DNA of 64,000 nucleotides. It comes from Squalus acanthias. Its lineage: Eukaryota. Positions 1 through 9,788 of the stretch are shown in pieces. The first letter of the stretch is position 1. The number at the start of each line of letters is the position of its first letter. The stretch spans positions 16,556,001-16,620,000 of the forward strand of contig CM059433.1 in the NCBI GenBank assembly GCA_030390025.1, in the 5' to 3' direction. Under the pieces are notes generated by a model, which was given only the letters and a program-made list of their open reading frames with translations, was not told the DNA's origin and ran no database searches. Made by a program: the position numbers and the translations under genes.

Positions 1-424
1 AAGTATAGTTAATTAAATTAACCATTTTAAATAAAAAATTAAATTTTTGAAAAAATTTAAAATCTTTTAAAAAGTTATAAAAATAAACTTACCTGTCTTT
101 AAAGTCTCTAAAAAAGATATACCTGTTAAAAAAAATTCAAAAAAATACTTAATTCACTACTTACCTTCTTAAAAGTGGGTCTTACTCCTCCTTTTTACAT
201 TTCTAAAATCTTCAGTACTTACCTGCGCGTCCAAAGCATGAAGTGCAGAGCGTGCGCGCAGCCTGTAGCGCGCACGCGATGCACCGAGGAACCGCCCCCT
301 TTTCAAAAGAGCAATTGCCAGTTTTCAGCGCATGCGCAGGGCATGCAGAAAACCGGCAATTGGAGTGGGAATACGCGAGAGTACGCAGTGCGTACTCTCG
401 CGTCGCGGGATCAATTTCTGGGCC
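1..424. mobile_element. Right part of a Harbinger-type MITE (same family as 27915-28666), truncated by the window start
   Basis: Colinear similarity to ~28240-28666; ends in TIR-like AATTTCTGGGCC and abuts CR1 RT sequence (INDLD). Confidence 0.7.
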
Positions 425-1612
425 ATTAATGACTTGGACTTGGGTGTACAGGGCACTATTTCAAAATTTGCAGATGACATAAAACTTGGAAGTATAGTGA
501 ACAGTGAGGAGGATAGTGATAGACATCAAGAAGACATAGACAGGCTGGTGAAATGGGTGGACACGTGGCAGATGAAATTTAACGTAGAGAAGTGCAAAGT
601 GATACATTTTGGTAGGAAGAATTAGGAGAGGCAATATAAACTAAAGAGTACAATCCTAAAGAGGGGTGCATGAACAGAGAGACCTGGGGGTATATGTACA
701 CAAATCGTTGAAGGTAGCAGGGCAGGTTGAGAAAGTGGTTACAAAAGCATACGGGATCCTGGGCTTCATAAATAGAAATGAGAAGTCGCACAACACCAGG
801 TTATAGTCCAACAGATTTATTTAAAATTACAAGCTTTCGGAGCTGTCGCCCCTTCCTCAGGTAGAGTAACTCTATCTGAGGAAGGGGCAACAGCTCCGAA
901 AGCTTGTAATTTTAAATAAATCTGTTGGACTATAACCTGGTGTTGTGCGACTTCTCATTTTTGTCCACCCCAGTCCAACGCCGGCATCTCCACTTCATAA
1001 ATAGAGGCATAGGGTACAAAAGCAAGGAAGTTATGATGAACCTTTATAAAACACTGGTTTGGCCTCAACTGGAGTATTGGTCCAATTCTGGGCACCGCAC
1101 TTTAGGAAGGATGTGAAGGCCTTAGAGAGGGTGCAGAAAAGATTTATGAGAATGATTCCAGGGATGAGGGACTTCAGTTATGTGGATAGACTAGAGAAGC
1201 TGGGGTTGTTCTCCTTAGAGCAGAGATGGTTGAGAGGAGATTTGATAAATGTGTTCAAAATCATGAGGGGTCTGGGGAGAGAGTAGATAGAGAGAAACTG
1301 TTCCCATTGGCAGAAGGGCCGAGAACCAGAGGACACAGATTTAAGGTGATTGGCAAAAGAACCAAAGGCGACATAAGGAAAAACTTTTTTACGCAGCGAG
1401 TGGTTAGGATCTGGAATGCACTGCCTGAACGGGTGGTGGAGGCAGATTAAATCGTGGCTTTGAAAAGGGAGTTGGATAATTACCTGAAGGAAAAAAATTT
1501 GCAGGGCTACGGGGAAAGGGAGGGGGAGTGGGATTAGCTGAAGTGCTCTTGCAGAGAGCTGGCACGGGCTCGATGGGCCGAATGGCCTCCTGTGCTGTAA
1601 CCATTCTATGAT
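425..1612 (+). mobile_element. CR1 LINE 3' fragment (RT C-terminus and 3' UTR), frameshifted and interrupted at 777-992
   Basis: Peptides INDLD..SKFADDIKL, LERVQKRFMRMIPG, FFTQRVVRIWNALP; 3' UTR ending in an ATTCTATG tail. Confidence 0.92.
777..992 (+). mobile_element. Palindromic Penelope-like (PLE) mini-insertion, family A, with minimal hammerhead cores on both arms
   Basis: 13-bp TSD CTTCATAAATAGA (764-776, 993-1005); near-perfect inverted repeat 776-960 plus ~32-nt unpaired tail; CTGAGGA..GAAAGCTT at 876-905 and its mirror on the minus strand. Confidence 0.8.
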
Positions 1613-1618
1613 TCACAG

Positions 1619-2393
1619 GGGGCAATTTTGCCAGCCCTGGGGAGGCGGGTATGGAGGCGGGACTGCCGGGAAAATGGCAGAATCTGGGGGCGGGTGCCAA
1701 ATCCACCCCCAACCCACCTCCGTGCCATCTTCCCAGGAGGCGGATTGCCGTCCCGCGCCGGGTCCCGTCTCCTTGGAGGCGGGAAGGGATTAAAGCCTGT
1801 TAACTGCCTGTTAACAGGTAGTTAACAGGCAGAAAATAGGTGAGTACTGGGTCTGCGGGGGTCGGAGGGGTGCAAAAGTGTGGTGTGAAGGTAAGTGATG
1901 GGTGCAAACGTGTAGAGGTGAGTGTCTGAGGTAAGTGCAAAGTGTTTTTAAAAGTGTACTTACCTTTGTTTCTTCCTGCAGGCTTCAGTCGGTTTGTATG
2001 CGGAGAGTCTCGCACCTCCGTGTTGCAGATGAGAGATGGCCGTTGCATTCTCAGATGCAACAAACATCTCATTTCTGTAAAAGAAAGAAGGTTGATGAGG
2101 TCTTGTATGCAAGACCTCATTAAACTGCAGAGATTGTCACTGTTTGACAGCTTCACAGAGCTGTGAAACGATGACAATTCATCTGTCAAAAATGTTTGAC
2201 AGATGAAATGTCATACGTTGACGTGCTCTGCAACCGGCTTTCCCTTAATTGGCCTGCTAAGCCCGCTGGGCGGGCTTAACAAGGTCAATCAAGAGAAAAT
2301 AGCGTGGGTTGGCCACAAATCGATGGAGGCGGGACATCGACCCGACAAGCAGCAGTCCTGCCTCCAACGCGCCCCCAGTCACAAAATCGCCCC
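1619..2393 (+). mobile_element. Non-autonomous Harbinger-type element with internal splice sites and hairpins, inserted in the CR1 3' tail
   Basis: TIR GGGGCAATTTTG / CAAAATCGCCCC; a second copy in reverse orientation at 9789-12043; no clean TSD. Confidence 0.7.
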
Positions 2394-2727
2394 TCTATGA
2401 TTCTAAATTGCTCAAGTACCCTGGTGAACATGATTTGAGTTGCCACTTTGAATTTTCATCTACCCAAAAATTTACTTGTAATTTAAATATTTAGAACATA
2501 GGAAACCTATATATATATTTTAAAAAGATTCAGAATGAAATGCTTTTTTCTTATTCATAGAGTTGCCTGTATGGTATTGTAAAGCCCTGAAAAGTATTTT
2601 TAGCCGATAAAGCCGAGTGTGCTGAGAGCCTAAGGTCAATGTGGAGTATGTATCTGGAACTTCAATCATTGGGTCATCCATTTTTTTTCAATAAATGCTT
2701 GGTTCCTCCGAATTGGCTGTGGTACTT

Positions 2728-4162
2728 GTCAATTACTGTGCACAGTTCTGGGCTCCATATTATGAAAAGGATATAGAGCGATTGGAGAAGGTGCAAATAA
2801 GATTTACAAGGATGATACTGGAACTGAGAGGTTATAACTATTGGGAAAGATTGAACATGCTAGGGCTCTTTTCTCTAGAAAAGAGAAGGTTGAGGGGTAA
2901 CCTGTTAGAGGTCTTTAAGATTATGAAAGGTTTTGATCGGGTAGACGTAGAGAAGATGTTTCCACTTGTGGGGAAGACCAAAACTACCAGCCATAAATAT
3001 AAGATAGTCACCAAGAAATCCAATAGGAAATTCAGGAGAAATTTCTTGACCCAGAGAGTGGTTAGAATGTGGAACTCGCTACCACAAGGATTAGTTGATG
3101 CGAATATCATAGATGCATTTAAGGGAGAAAAGAATAGAAGGTTATGCTGATCGGGTTAGATGAAGAGGAGTGTGTAGGGGTGTGGGTTGTGGTAGGAGTC
3201 AACCTTTCCCCTGACTCAGTGAGCGGTTCGAATCGCTCCCACGCCCCAGGTTCAAAACTTGGACTTATTTAGGGGTTGTGAATAAAGATGCAGTAGACCA
3301 CAGGTTCCAATGAAAGAACTATAACTTTTATTAAAGTTAAAAGGTAACAAACTTAAACACACTTCACACTTAAACAGGTTTGGGGAGCACACGGTTACAG
3401 GCGAGGAAAATGACAGTATACAAGAAAAATAAAAACCTTTATCCCTCCCACAAATCCCACTTCTAGCTAGGTTTCGGTTTCAGGAGATCAGGGATAATGC
3501 TCACCAGACAGGGGTATTAACAGTACGAAATCCAGCCAGGTAAGTCGATGGTGATTCTGGTCATCGAACGTCTTCCTTTACCATGTGGCTTCTGGGCAGT
3601 GCTGCGAGAGAGCCTTGTTTCCAGCGTAGTCGGTCGAGTCGAAAAAGAAAGAAATCTTAGGACCTGCTGCAATTATAGTCCTTTTTGCCGCCCCCCCTCC
3701 CCCCCCCACAAAACTCCTCACGAAAAACTGGTTTCATAATGCAGTGAGTTTTCAGGTGAGGCCTGTTCATTGTCTTGTTAAAATTTTGATGGGCTTTCAA
3801 CTTATGCTAAACCAAATCAAATGGCTTACATCCTGTTGCGTTGTCGTTCCATGGAAGCTTGCATTGTTCTCCTGCTTTGGGTTCCTTGCTGGTCCTAGCA
3901 TTCCTATGGGCTCTGTGTTTTGGGTGGGGCGGCCTTTCCCCAGGGCCTATTGTCCAAATGGTGATGTTTGCTGGTCTTTGAATTCCCAGACCAGGCACGT
4001 TTCCTTTAAAGTTCCAAAGTCCTTATTTTTTTTCCTTTCGATATATATTTGGGGATCTGCAAATTTTGAAAATCTTACAGGTGGGAGGAGGCTTGTGTGG
4101 AGCATAAACACCGACATGGACCAGTTGGGCCAAATGGCCTGTTTCTGTGCTGTACGTTCTAT
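2728..4162 (+). mobile_element. CR1 LINE 3' fragment split by a solo LTR (3173-4079); its tail is hit by a Harbinger MITE
   Basis: YCAQFWAPYY..LEKRRLRG..RVVRMWNSLP; the 3' UTR resumes at 4080. Confidence 0.88.
3173..4079 (-). mobile_element. Probable solo LTR (~907 bp)
   Basis: TGTAGG...CTTACA termini; imperfect 4-bp TSD AGTG/GGTG; precisely interrupts a CR1 3' UTR; minus-strand AATAAA near 3330 suggests the orientation. Confidence 0.7.
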
Positions 4163-4898
4163 GGGGTAAAAATGGAGTCGCGCCCCATTTGGGGCGCTAA
4201 CCTCGCCGGGGCGCGACTTTTAGCGTCCCCGTGCCGGAACTTCAGTGGTTGCGCCCCAAGAGGGAAGCGGGGCGCCACTGGAAGCACCCCGCATCCCTCT
4301 TGGGGCGCTGCGAGTGAATATCCTGGCGCTACGTGCCGCAGCGCCACGCGGTATTGCAGGCCTTCCTCCCCTTCTTAAAGGGGAGGGACCCTGCGCAGCG
4401 CGAACCGGGGCCCAGCTGGGCCCCCAGGGATCGGGAGTGCCGGCAAAAGAGCCCGGCACTCAAGAGAAGTGCCGGGCTCTTGGAGCGCAGCCGGCACTTC
4501 ACGGTGGGGGGGCTTCACGGGGGCCGGGGACAGCAACGGGGGCAGGTGCTGGCAGGCGGCCAGCAACAAAAATGGCCGCCTGCCACCTCCCCTTTAAATA
4601 TCGCCGCCCCGGCCGCACGTACGCCCCCCTGAACCCGTCGGACATAGCGTCTGGCGGTAATTCAGGGGGCGTGACTGAAGTTCACGGCCGGGGCGCGAGC
4701 GGGGTGCTGCGCACGGCGATGACGTCATCGCCGGCGGCGCAGCGCCACAGGGCGCTACCGGCTGCCGCCGCCGCTAACCTCCCACTAAATTTTTCGGGAG
4801 GCGTGGGCGGCGCTGCGCCCGGGCGTTAGCTGCTTTACGCCCCATTAGCGCCCTCTTAAGGCGCTAACGGGAGGCGCAAGCAGCTGAATTTTTCCCCC
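4163..4898 (-). mobile_element. Harbinger MITE (family B) sharing termini with the autonomous element at 32514-36861
   Basis: GGGGTAAAAAT...AATTTTTCCCCC TIRs; TSD TAT (4160-4162, 4899-4901); GCGCC-rich subtermini; homologous to 52092-52785. Confidence 0.88.
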
Positions 4899-4904
4899 TA
4901 TGTG

Positions 4905-6250
4905 CATAGGAACAGGAGTAGGCTATTCAGCCCCTCCAGCCCGTTCCGCCATTCAATGAGATCATGGCTGATCGGTATCCTAACCGTGGGTACGGTAGCA
5001 TAGTGGTTATGTTACTGGACTAATAATCCACTAGTGATCTGGACTAACGATCTGGAGATATGAGTTCAAATCCCACCACAGCTGCTGGGGAATTTAAATT
5101 CAGTTCATTAAATAAATCTGGAATAAAAAAAGCTGGTGTCAGTAATAGTGACTGTGAAAAGCTGTCAGATTGTCACAAGAACCCAACTGGTTCACTAATG
5201 TCCTTTAGGGAAGGAAACCTGCCGTCCTTACCTGGTCTGACCTATATTTGTCTCCAGACCCACAGCAATGTGGTTGACTCTTAACTGCCCTCTGAGCAAG
5301 CCACTCAGTTATACCAAACCGCTGTACCAAAAGAAGTATAACAGCACTGTGTGGGAGTACCTTCACCACACGGACTGCAGCGGTTCAAGAAGGCAGCTCA
5401 CCACCACCTTCTCAAGGGCAATTAGGGATGGGCAATAAATGCCGGCCTTGCCAGCGACGCCCACACCCTGTGAACAAATTTAAAAAAAACTCCATCCACC
5501 CGCCTTGGCTCCATATCCTTTACTCCCCTTCGCTACCAAAAATCTATCGATCTCAGATTTAAAATTAATAATTGAGCTAGCATCTACTGCTTTTTGTGGG
5601 AGCGAGTTCCACACTTCTACCACCCTTTGCGTGAAGAAGTTTTTCCTAACTTCTCTCCTGAATTGCCTGGGTCTGATTTGAAGGTCATGTTCCCTTGTCC
5701 TAGACTCCCCCACCAGCGGAAAATGATTCTCTTTATCTACCCCTATCCATTCCTTTCAAAATCCTAAAAACATCAATCAAATCACCCCTTAACCTTCTAT
5801 ATTCCAGGGAATACATGCCTAGTTTATGTAATTTCTCCTCATAATCTAACCCTTGGAGCCCTGGTAACATTAAGGTGAATCTGCCCTGCACTCCTTCCAA
5901 GGTCAATACATCCTTTCATCCTTTCTAAAGTGCAGTGCCCAGAACTGTACACAATACTCCAAACGTGATCTAACCAGGGCTTTGTATAGCTGTAGCAAAA
6001 CTTCCTCCCCTTTTTATTCTAGCTCTCCAGTTATAAAGGCTAACATTCTATTAGCCTTTTTGATTATTTTCTGTACCTGACTACAGCATTTTAGTGATCT
6101 GTTTACATGGACCCCTAACTCTCTTTGGACCTCCACTGTTCCTAGCTTTTCATCATTTAAAAAATACTCGGATCTATCCTTTTTTGGTCCAAAATGGATG
6201 ACCTCACACTTACCTGCGTTGAAATCCATCTGCCCCAGTATTGCCCAATT
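4905..6250 (-). mobile_element. CR1 LINE 3' fragment interrupted by a SINE
   Basis: Minus-strand FNAGKCEVIHFG and FFTQRVVEVWNSLP; the 3' UTR is split into 4905-4985 and 5490 onward. Confidence 0.88.
4988..5489 (+). mobile_element. tRNA-derived SINE with a LINE-derived 3' tail
   Basis: A-box-like TAGCATAGTGG, B-box-like AGTTCAAATCC; the last ~150 nt match the 3' end of the LINE at 8101-8822; A-rich end. Confidence 0.75.
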
Positions 6251-6695
6251 CTAAGGTAATCACAACAAGTCCCTCCCACTTCATTTTGGTTCCACCCTCT
6301 GCCTGACTGGAGATTCCCTGTTCTCTCTGCAGCAACCCAAACTAATTTGCCTAAAGTTTCTCCTGACATGACCCGGATTGACCCTGCCTCTTTCTCAGTG
6401 CAGCCTGCCCTATCTTAGAGTTATTCCTAACTCCTCACCCAGTCATTCCAAACTTGTCTTGATCCACCCAGAGCCACTGCCAGCCCACCCGCCCCGAGTG
6501 CTGTTTGGGCAGTCTGCCAGTCCACGCGGAGTGCTATACTGCCCATCTGTCTGCCGGGCCTCCACGAGACCTACCCAGCCTGCCAGCTCACCTGCCCATC
6601 TGCCTGGGATGCTTCCTGGCCAGCCTGCTCACCCACTTTCCCCAAGTGTTTATTGGTCTTCCTGCTCACCCATCCTCACACCCTAATTAAGGTGA

Positions 6696-7112
6696 GAAGT
6701 CGCACAACACCAGGTTATAGTCCAACAGTTTTATTTGAAATCACGAGCTTTCGGACCGCTGCTCCTTCGTCAGATAAAGTGAAGAAATACAAATCAGCAA
6801 AGCATATATAGACAGAGAACAATGTGTAGCGTACAATGTCAGACGCCTACAGTAAATCCTTCTAACTGCCCTCCATCACACCTCGGCAGAGAAACAATCA
6901 GGCCAGTCAACTGTAGTCGTCTGACATTGTACGCTACACATTGTTCTCTGTCTATATATGCTTTGCTGATTTGTATTCTTCACTTTACCTGACGAAGGAG
7001 CAGCGCTCCGAAAGCTCGTGATTTCAAATAAAACTGTTGGACTATAACCTGGCGTTGTGCGACTTCTCATTTTTGTCCACCCCAGTCCAACACCGGCATC
7101 TCCGCATCATGG
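6696..7112 (+). mobile_element. Palindromic PLE insertion, family A (longest complete copy), with hammerhead core
   Basis: 14-bp TSD CCTAATTAAGGTGA (6682-6695, 7113-7126); inverted arms ~6693-6853 and ~6909-7069; 3' tail ...GGCATCTCCGCATCATGG. Confidence 0.82.
6985..7021 (+). ncRNA. Minimal type I hammerhead ribozyme motif
   Basis: TTAC-CTGACGA-A-GGAGC-agc-GCTCC-GAAA-GC-TC-GTGA: conserved CUGAnGA and GAAA boxes, stem II, short stem I and vestigial stem III, as described for PLE-associated minimal hammerheads. Confidence 0.72.
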
Positions 7113-8100
7113 CCTAATTAAGGTGACCACACTTCAATTTTACTTGCTCCCCGCTGGCCAGAACTCATGTAAAAAATAAAATGCCTTCACTATCTCTTCA
7201 GCTGTGCCTTCTCTGCAGCGCCCAGTGCTCACTACCCAACACTGTTGATCCTCCCCACGACTGCCATGCTCTATTGTGCTCCCTGGAATGCCTGCGCTCA
7301 ATGGGATCATTCCCAGACCTGGGCCAGTACTCAGGACCTGAGCTCCAAAGGCAGCCAAACATGATGTTATTTAAAGCTGCCATTGATTAAAAATGATCTA
7401 TTTCTAGTAGGCACGTCAAGATAAGTTGAGGTAGTTACATGGCGGCTTTATCTTAGATTTACAAAAGAATTCCTGTTTTAGAACTGTCAAGCATCATGGC
7501 TACTGTATGGAAAACGATCAACTTGAGAGATTGTTTTTCCATTCCTGTGACTGTGTACACAACCGAGCTTGTGAAAATTTTACCTGCTCCATTTTTTGCT
7601 TGAAAACATTCAAAGGGGTGTTTTTAATTTTCAGTGCTTTTAAATATTCACAAATTAAAGTTCCAGTGGCCCAAAATGTTAAATTCTGCGTTCAATTCTG
7701 ATAGTTCAGTATTACAGCCTGCTCCTCACTAGATGTGAACTTGATGCATTTTTGGAACCTGTTGAAGTATTAAAATGAGCATAATAAGTAACAGATTGAG
7801 TGGGGGAATATATTTAATAAGTTTTAATATTGATAAAGTCGAGTTGTGAGGCACTGCAGCTTTAAACGTTACCACCTGCAACACATCAGCATTGCAGAGA
7901 AAGCTCTCGGTTCAACTGGCTATTCAGCCAAGTTTACAAGAAGGTTGCACATTTACTTTTTCATTCTCACAAGCGTATGTGGGGAGGGAAGAGTGGGCTC
8001 CTGTTCCATGAATATATCATTATTTTACCTGCCCCAGTTCTCTTTTTCTTTTTGCAATACGTTTCTTAAGTGAAACAAGCAAAAGAATAGTCCTTGTACT

Positions 8101-8822
8101 TTAAAAAAAAAAATTGTTTATGGGATGTGGGCGTCGCTGGCAAGGTCAACATTTATTGCCCATCCCTATCTGCCCTTGAGAAGGTGGTGGTGAGCCGCCT
8201 TCTTGAACTGCTGCAGTCCGTGTGGTGAAGGTACTCCCACAGTGCTGTTAGGGAGGGAGTTCCAGAATTTTGACCCAGCGACGATGAAGGATCGGCAATA
8301 TATTTTTTAAGTCAGGATGGTGTGTGACTTGGAGGGGAACTTGGAGGTGGTGGTGGTGTTCTCATGCGCCTGCTGCCCTTGTCCTTCTAGGTGGAAGAGA
8401 TCACGGGTTTGGGAGGTGCTGCCGAAGAAGCCTTGGCGAGTTGCTGCAGTGCATCTTGTAGATGGTACACACTGCAGCCACGGTACGCCGGTGGTGGAGG
8501 GAGTGAATGTTTAAGGTGGTGGATGGGGTGCCAATCAAGCGGGCTGCTTTGTCCTGGATGGTGTCGAGCTTCTTGAGTGTTGTTGGAGCTGCACTCATCC
8601 AGGCAAGTGGAGAGTATTCCATCACACTCCTTACTTGTGCCTTGTAGATGGTGGAAAGGCTTTGGGGAGTCAGGAGGTGAGACACTCGCCACAGAATACC
8701 CAGCCTCTGACCTGCTCTTGTTGCCACAGTATTTATGTGGCTGGTCCAGTTAAGTTTTTGGTCAATGGTGACCCCCAGGATGTTGATGGTGAGGGATTCG
8801 GCGATGGTAATGCTTTTGAATA
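8101..8822 (-). mobile_element. 3' fragment of a second CR1-group LINE lineage (RT thumb region and 3' UTR)
   Basis: ILGVTIDQKLNWTSHI..IYKAQVRSVMEY..LDTIQDKAARLI; 3' end shared with 5340-5489 and 16325-16490. Confidence 0.85.
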
Positions 8823-9788
8823 TCACTCTTCAAAAATGATGCCATGGCCTTAAATAAATGCCAAATAATTCCCATGCATACACGCTAACTGTCACCAATT
8901 CTTTTATTTGATGCTTTGATGGCGATTAGAAGTCTCTCTGGTTGTCCTGGGAAATGATTGCTGTGGGCCAGTGTGCTGCCAAAGCCAGGTTCATTTTACA
9001 GTTAAAACCTGCAAACATGCAGTGGGTGTGCCCTTGACATTGTTAGCAGCTACCAACATGAGACTGATTGAATGAAGGCACGTTGGCAATACAACACCAC
9101 ACTGTATACACAACACACGAGTGAGATGGTGGAAAAGGCTGTCTGCAGTATCCAACAAGTGATCGAAAGCCAGCATGCACGTTCTGTTTGATTTAAATCT
9201 ATACAGAGTGACGTTAGCTGCACGCTGAGAATTGTAGTGACCTAATGGCCCAGAAAACTGTCTAGAGTGAGAGTTCTGGACCTGGCTTCTGCCCAAAATT
9301 GCTCCTTACACCCCAGCAAACCATCCAAAAACAGAAGCACAGTTCCCCCCTATAATACACCTCCAAGGAGAGGATTGGCCAGAAATGCCTCAAAGATGCC
9401 ACTCTCCTTCCCCCACGCTTCCTCACCTGAGTCCTGCTCAACCTGTGGACCTAATGACCATAACGATGCCACCTAAGATGTCCTCGCCGACCCTTGCTGA
9501 AAGCTTTACATCCACTCACATTCACCCCCAACACATCAGCTTGTGGGATTGGATGATGCCTCAATAGTTGATCGTCCACAATGCCGCTTTCATGATGACA
9601 ACTGTGATATCGTGCTTTTAGAATGGGGTCAACAGCAGGGCAGACTGGCAACCAGAAGTCCCACCTCGCCATAATTCCAATGACAGAGAGGGTTTGAGGA
9701 ATTTCAGTTGAAGTATGGCAAGCCATATAAAGAAGGAATACACATTCTCATCAAACCCACACAAAACATACCCCAGAACTGACTACAT

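Noticed and set aside
216..225. U1 snRNA gene suggested by TACTTACCTG
   Set aside because: The match is limited to the first ~10 nt and the rest of U1 is absent; treated as a splice-donor motif on the other strand.
4245..4829. 194-aa ORF and overlapping ORFs in GC-rich MITEs (also 40454-40948, 43913-44494, 52103-52728)
   Set aside because: No recognisable domain; frames are not preserved between paralogous copies; explained by high GC content.
4988..5075. tRNA gene (also 29778 and ~46300-46378)
   Set aside because: Only A/B-box-like remnants without a cloverleaf, continuing into SINE bodies.
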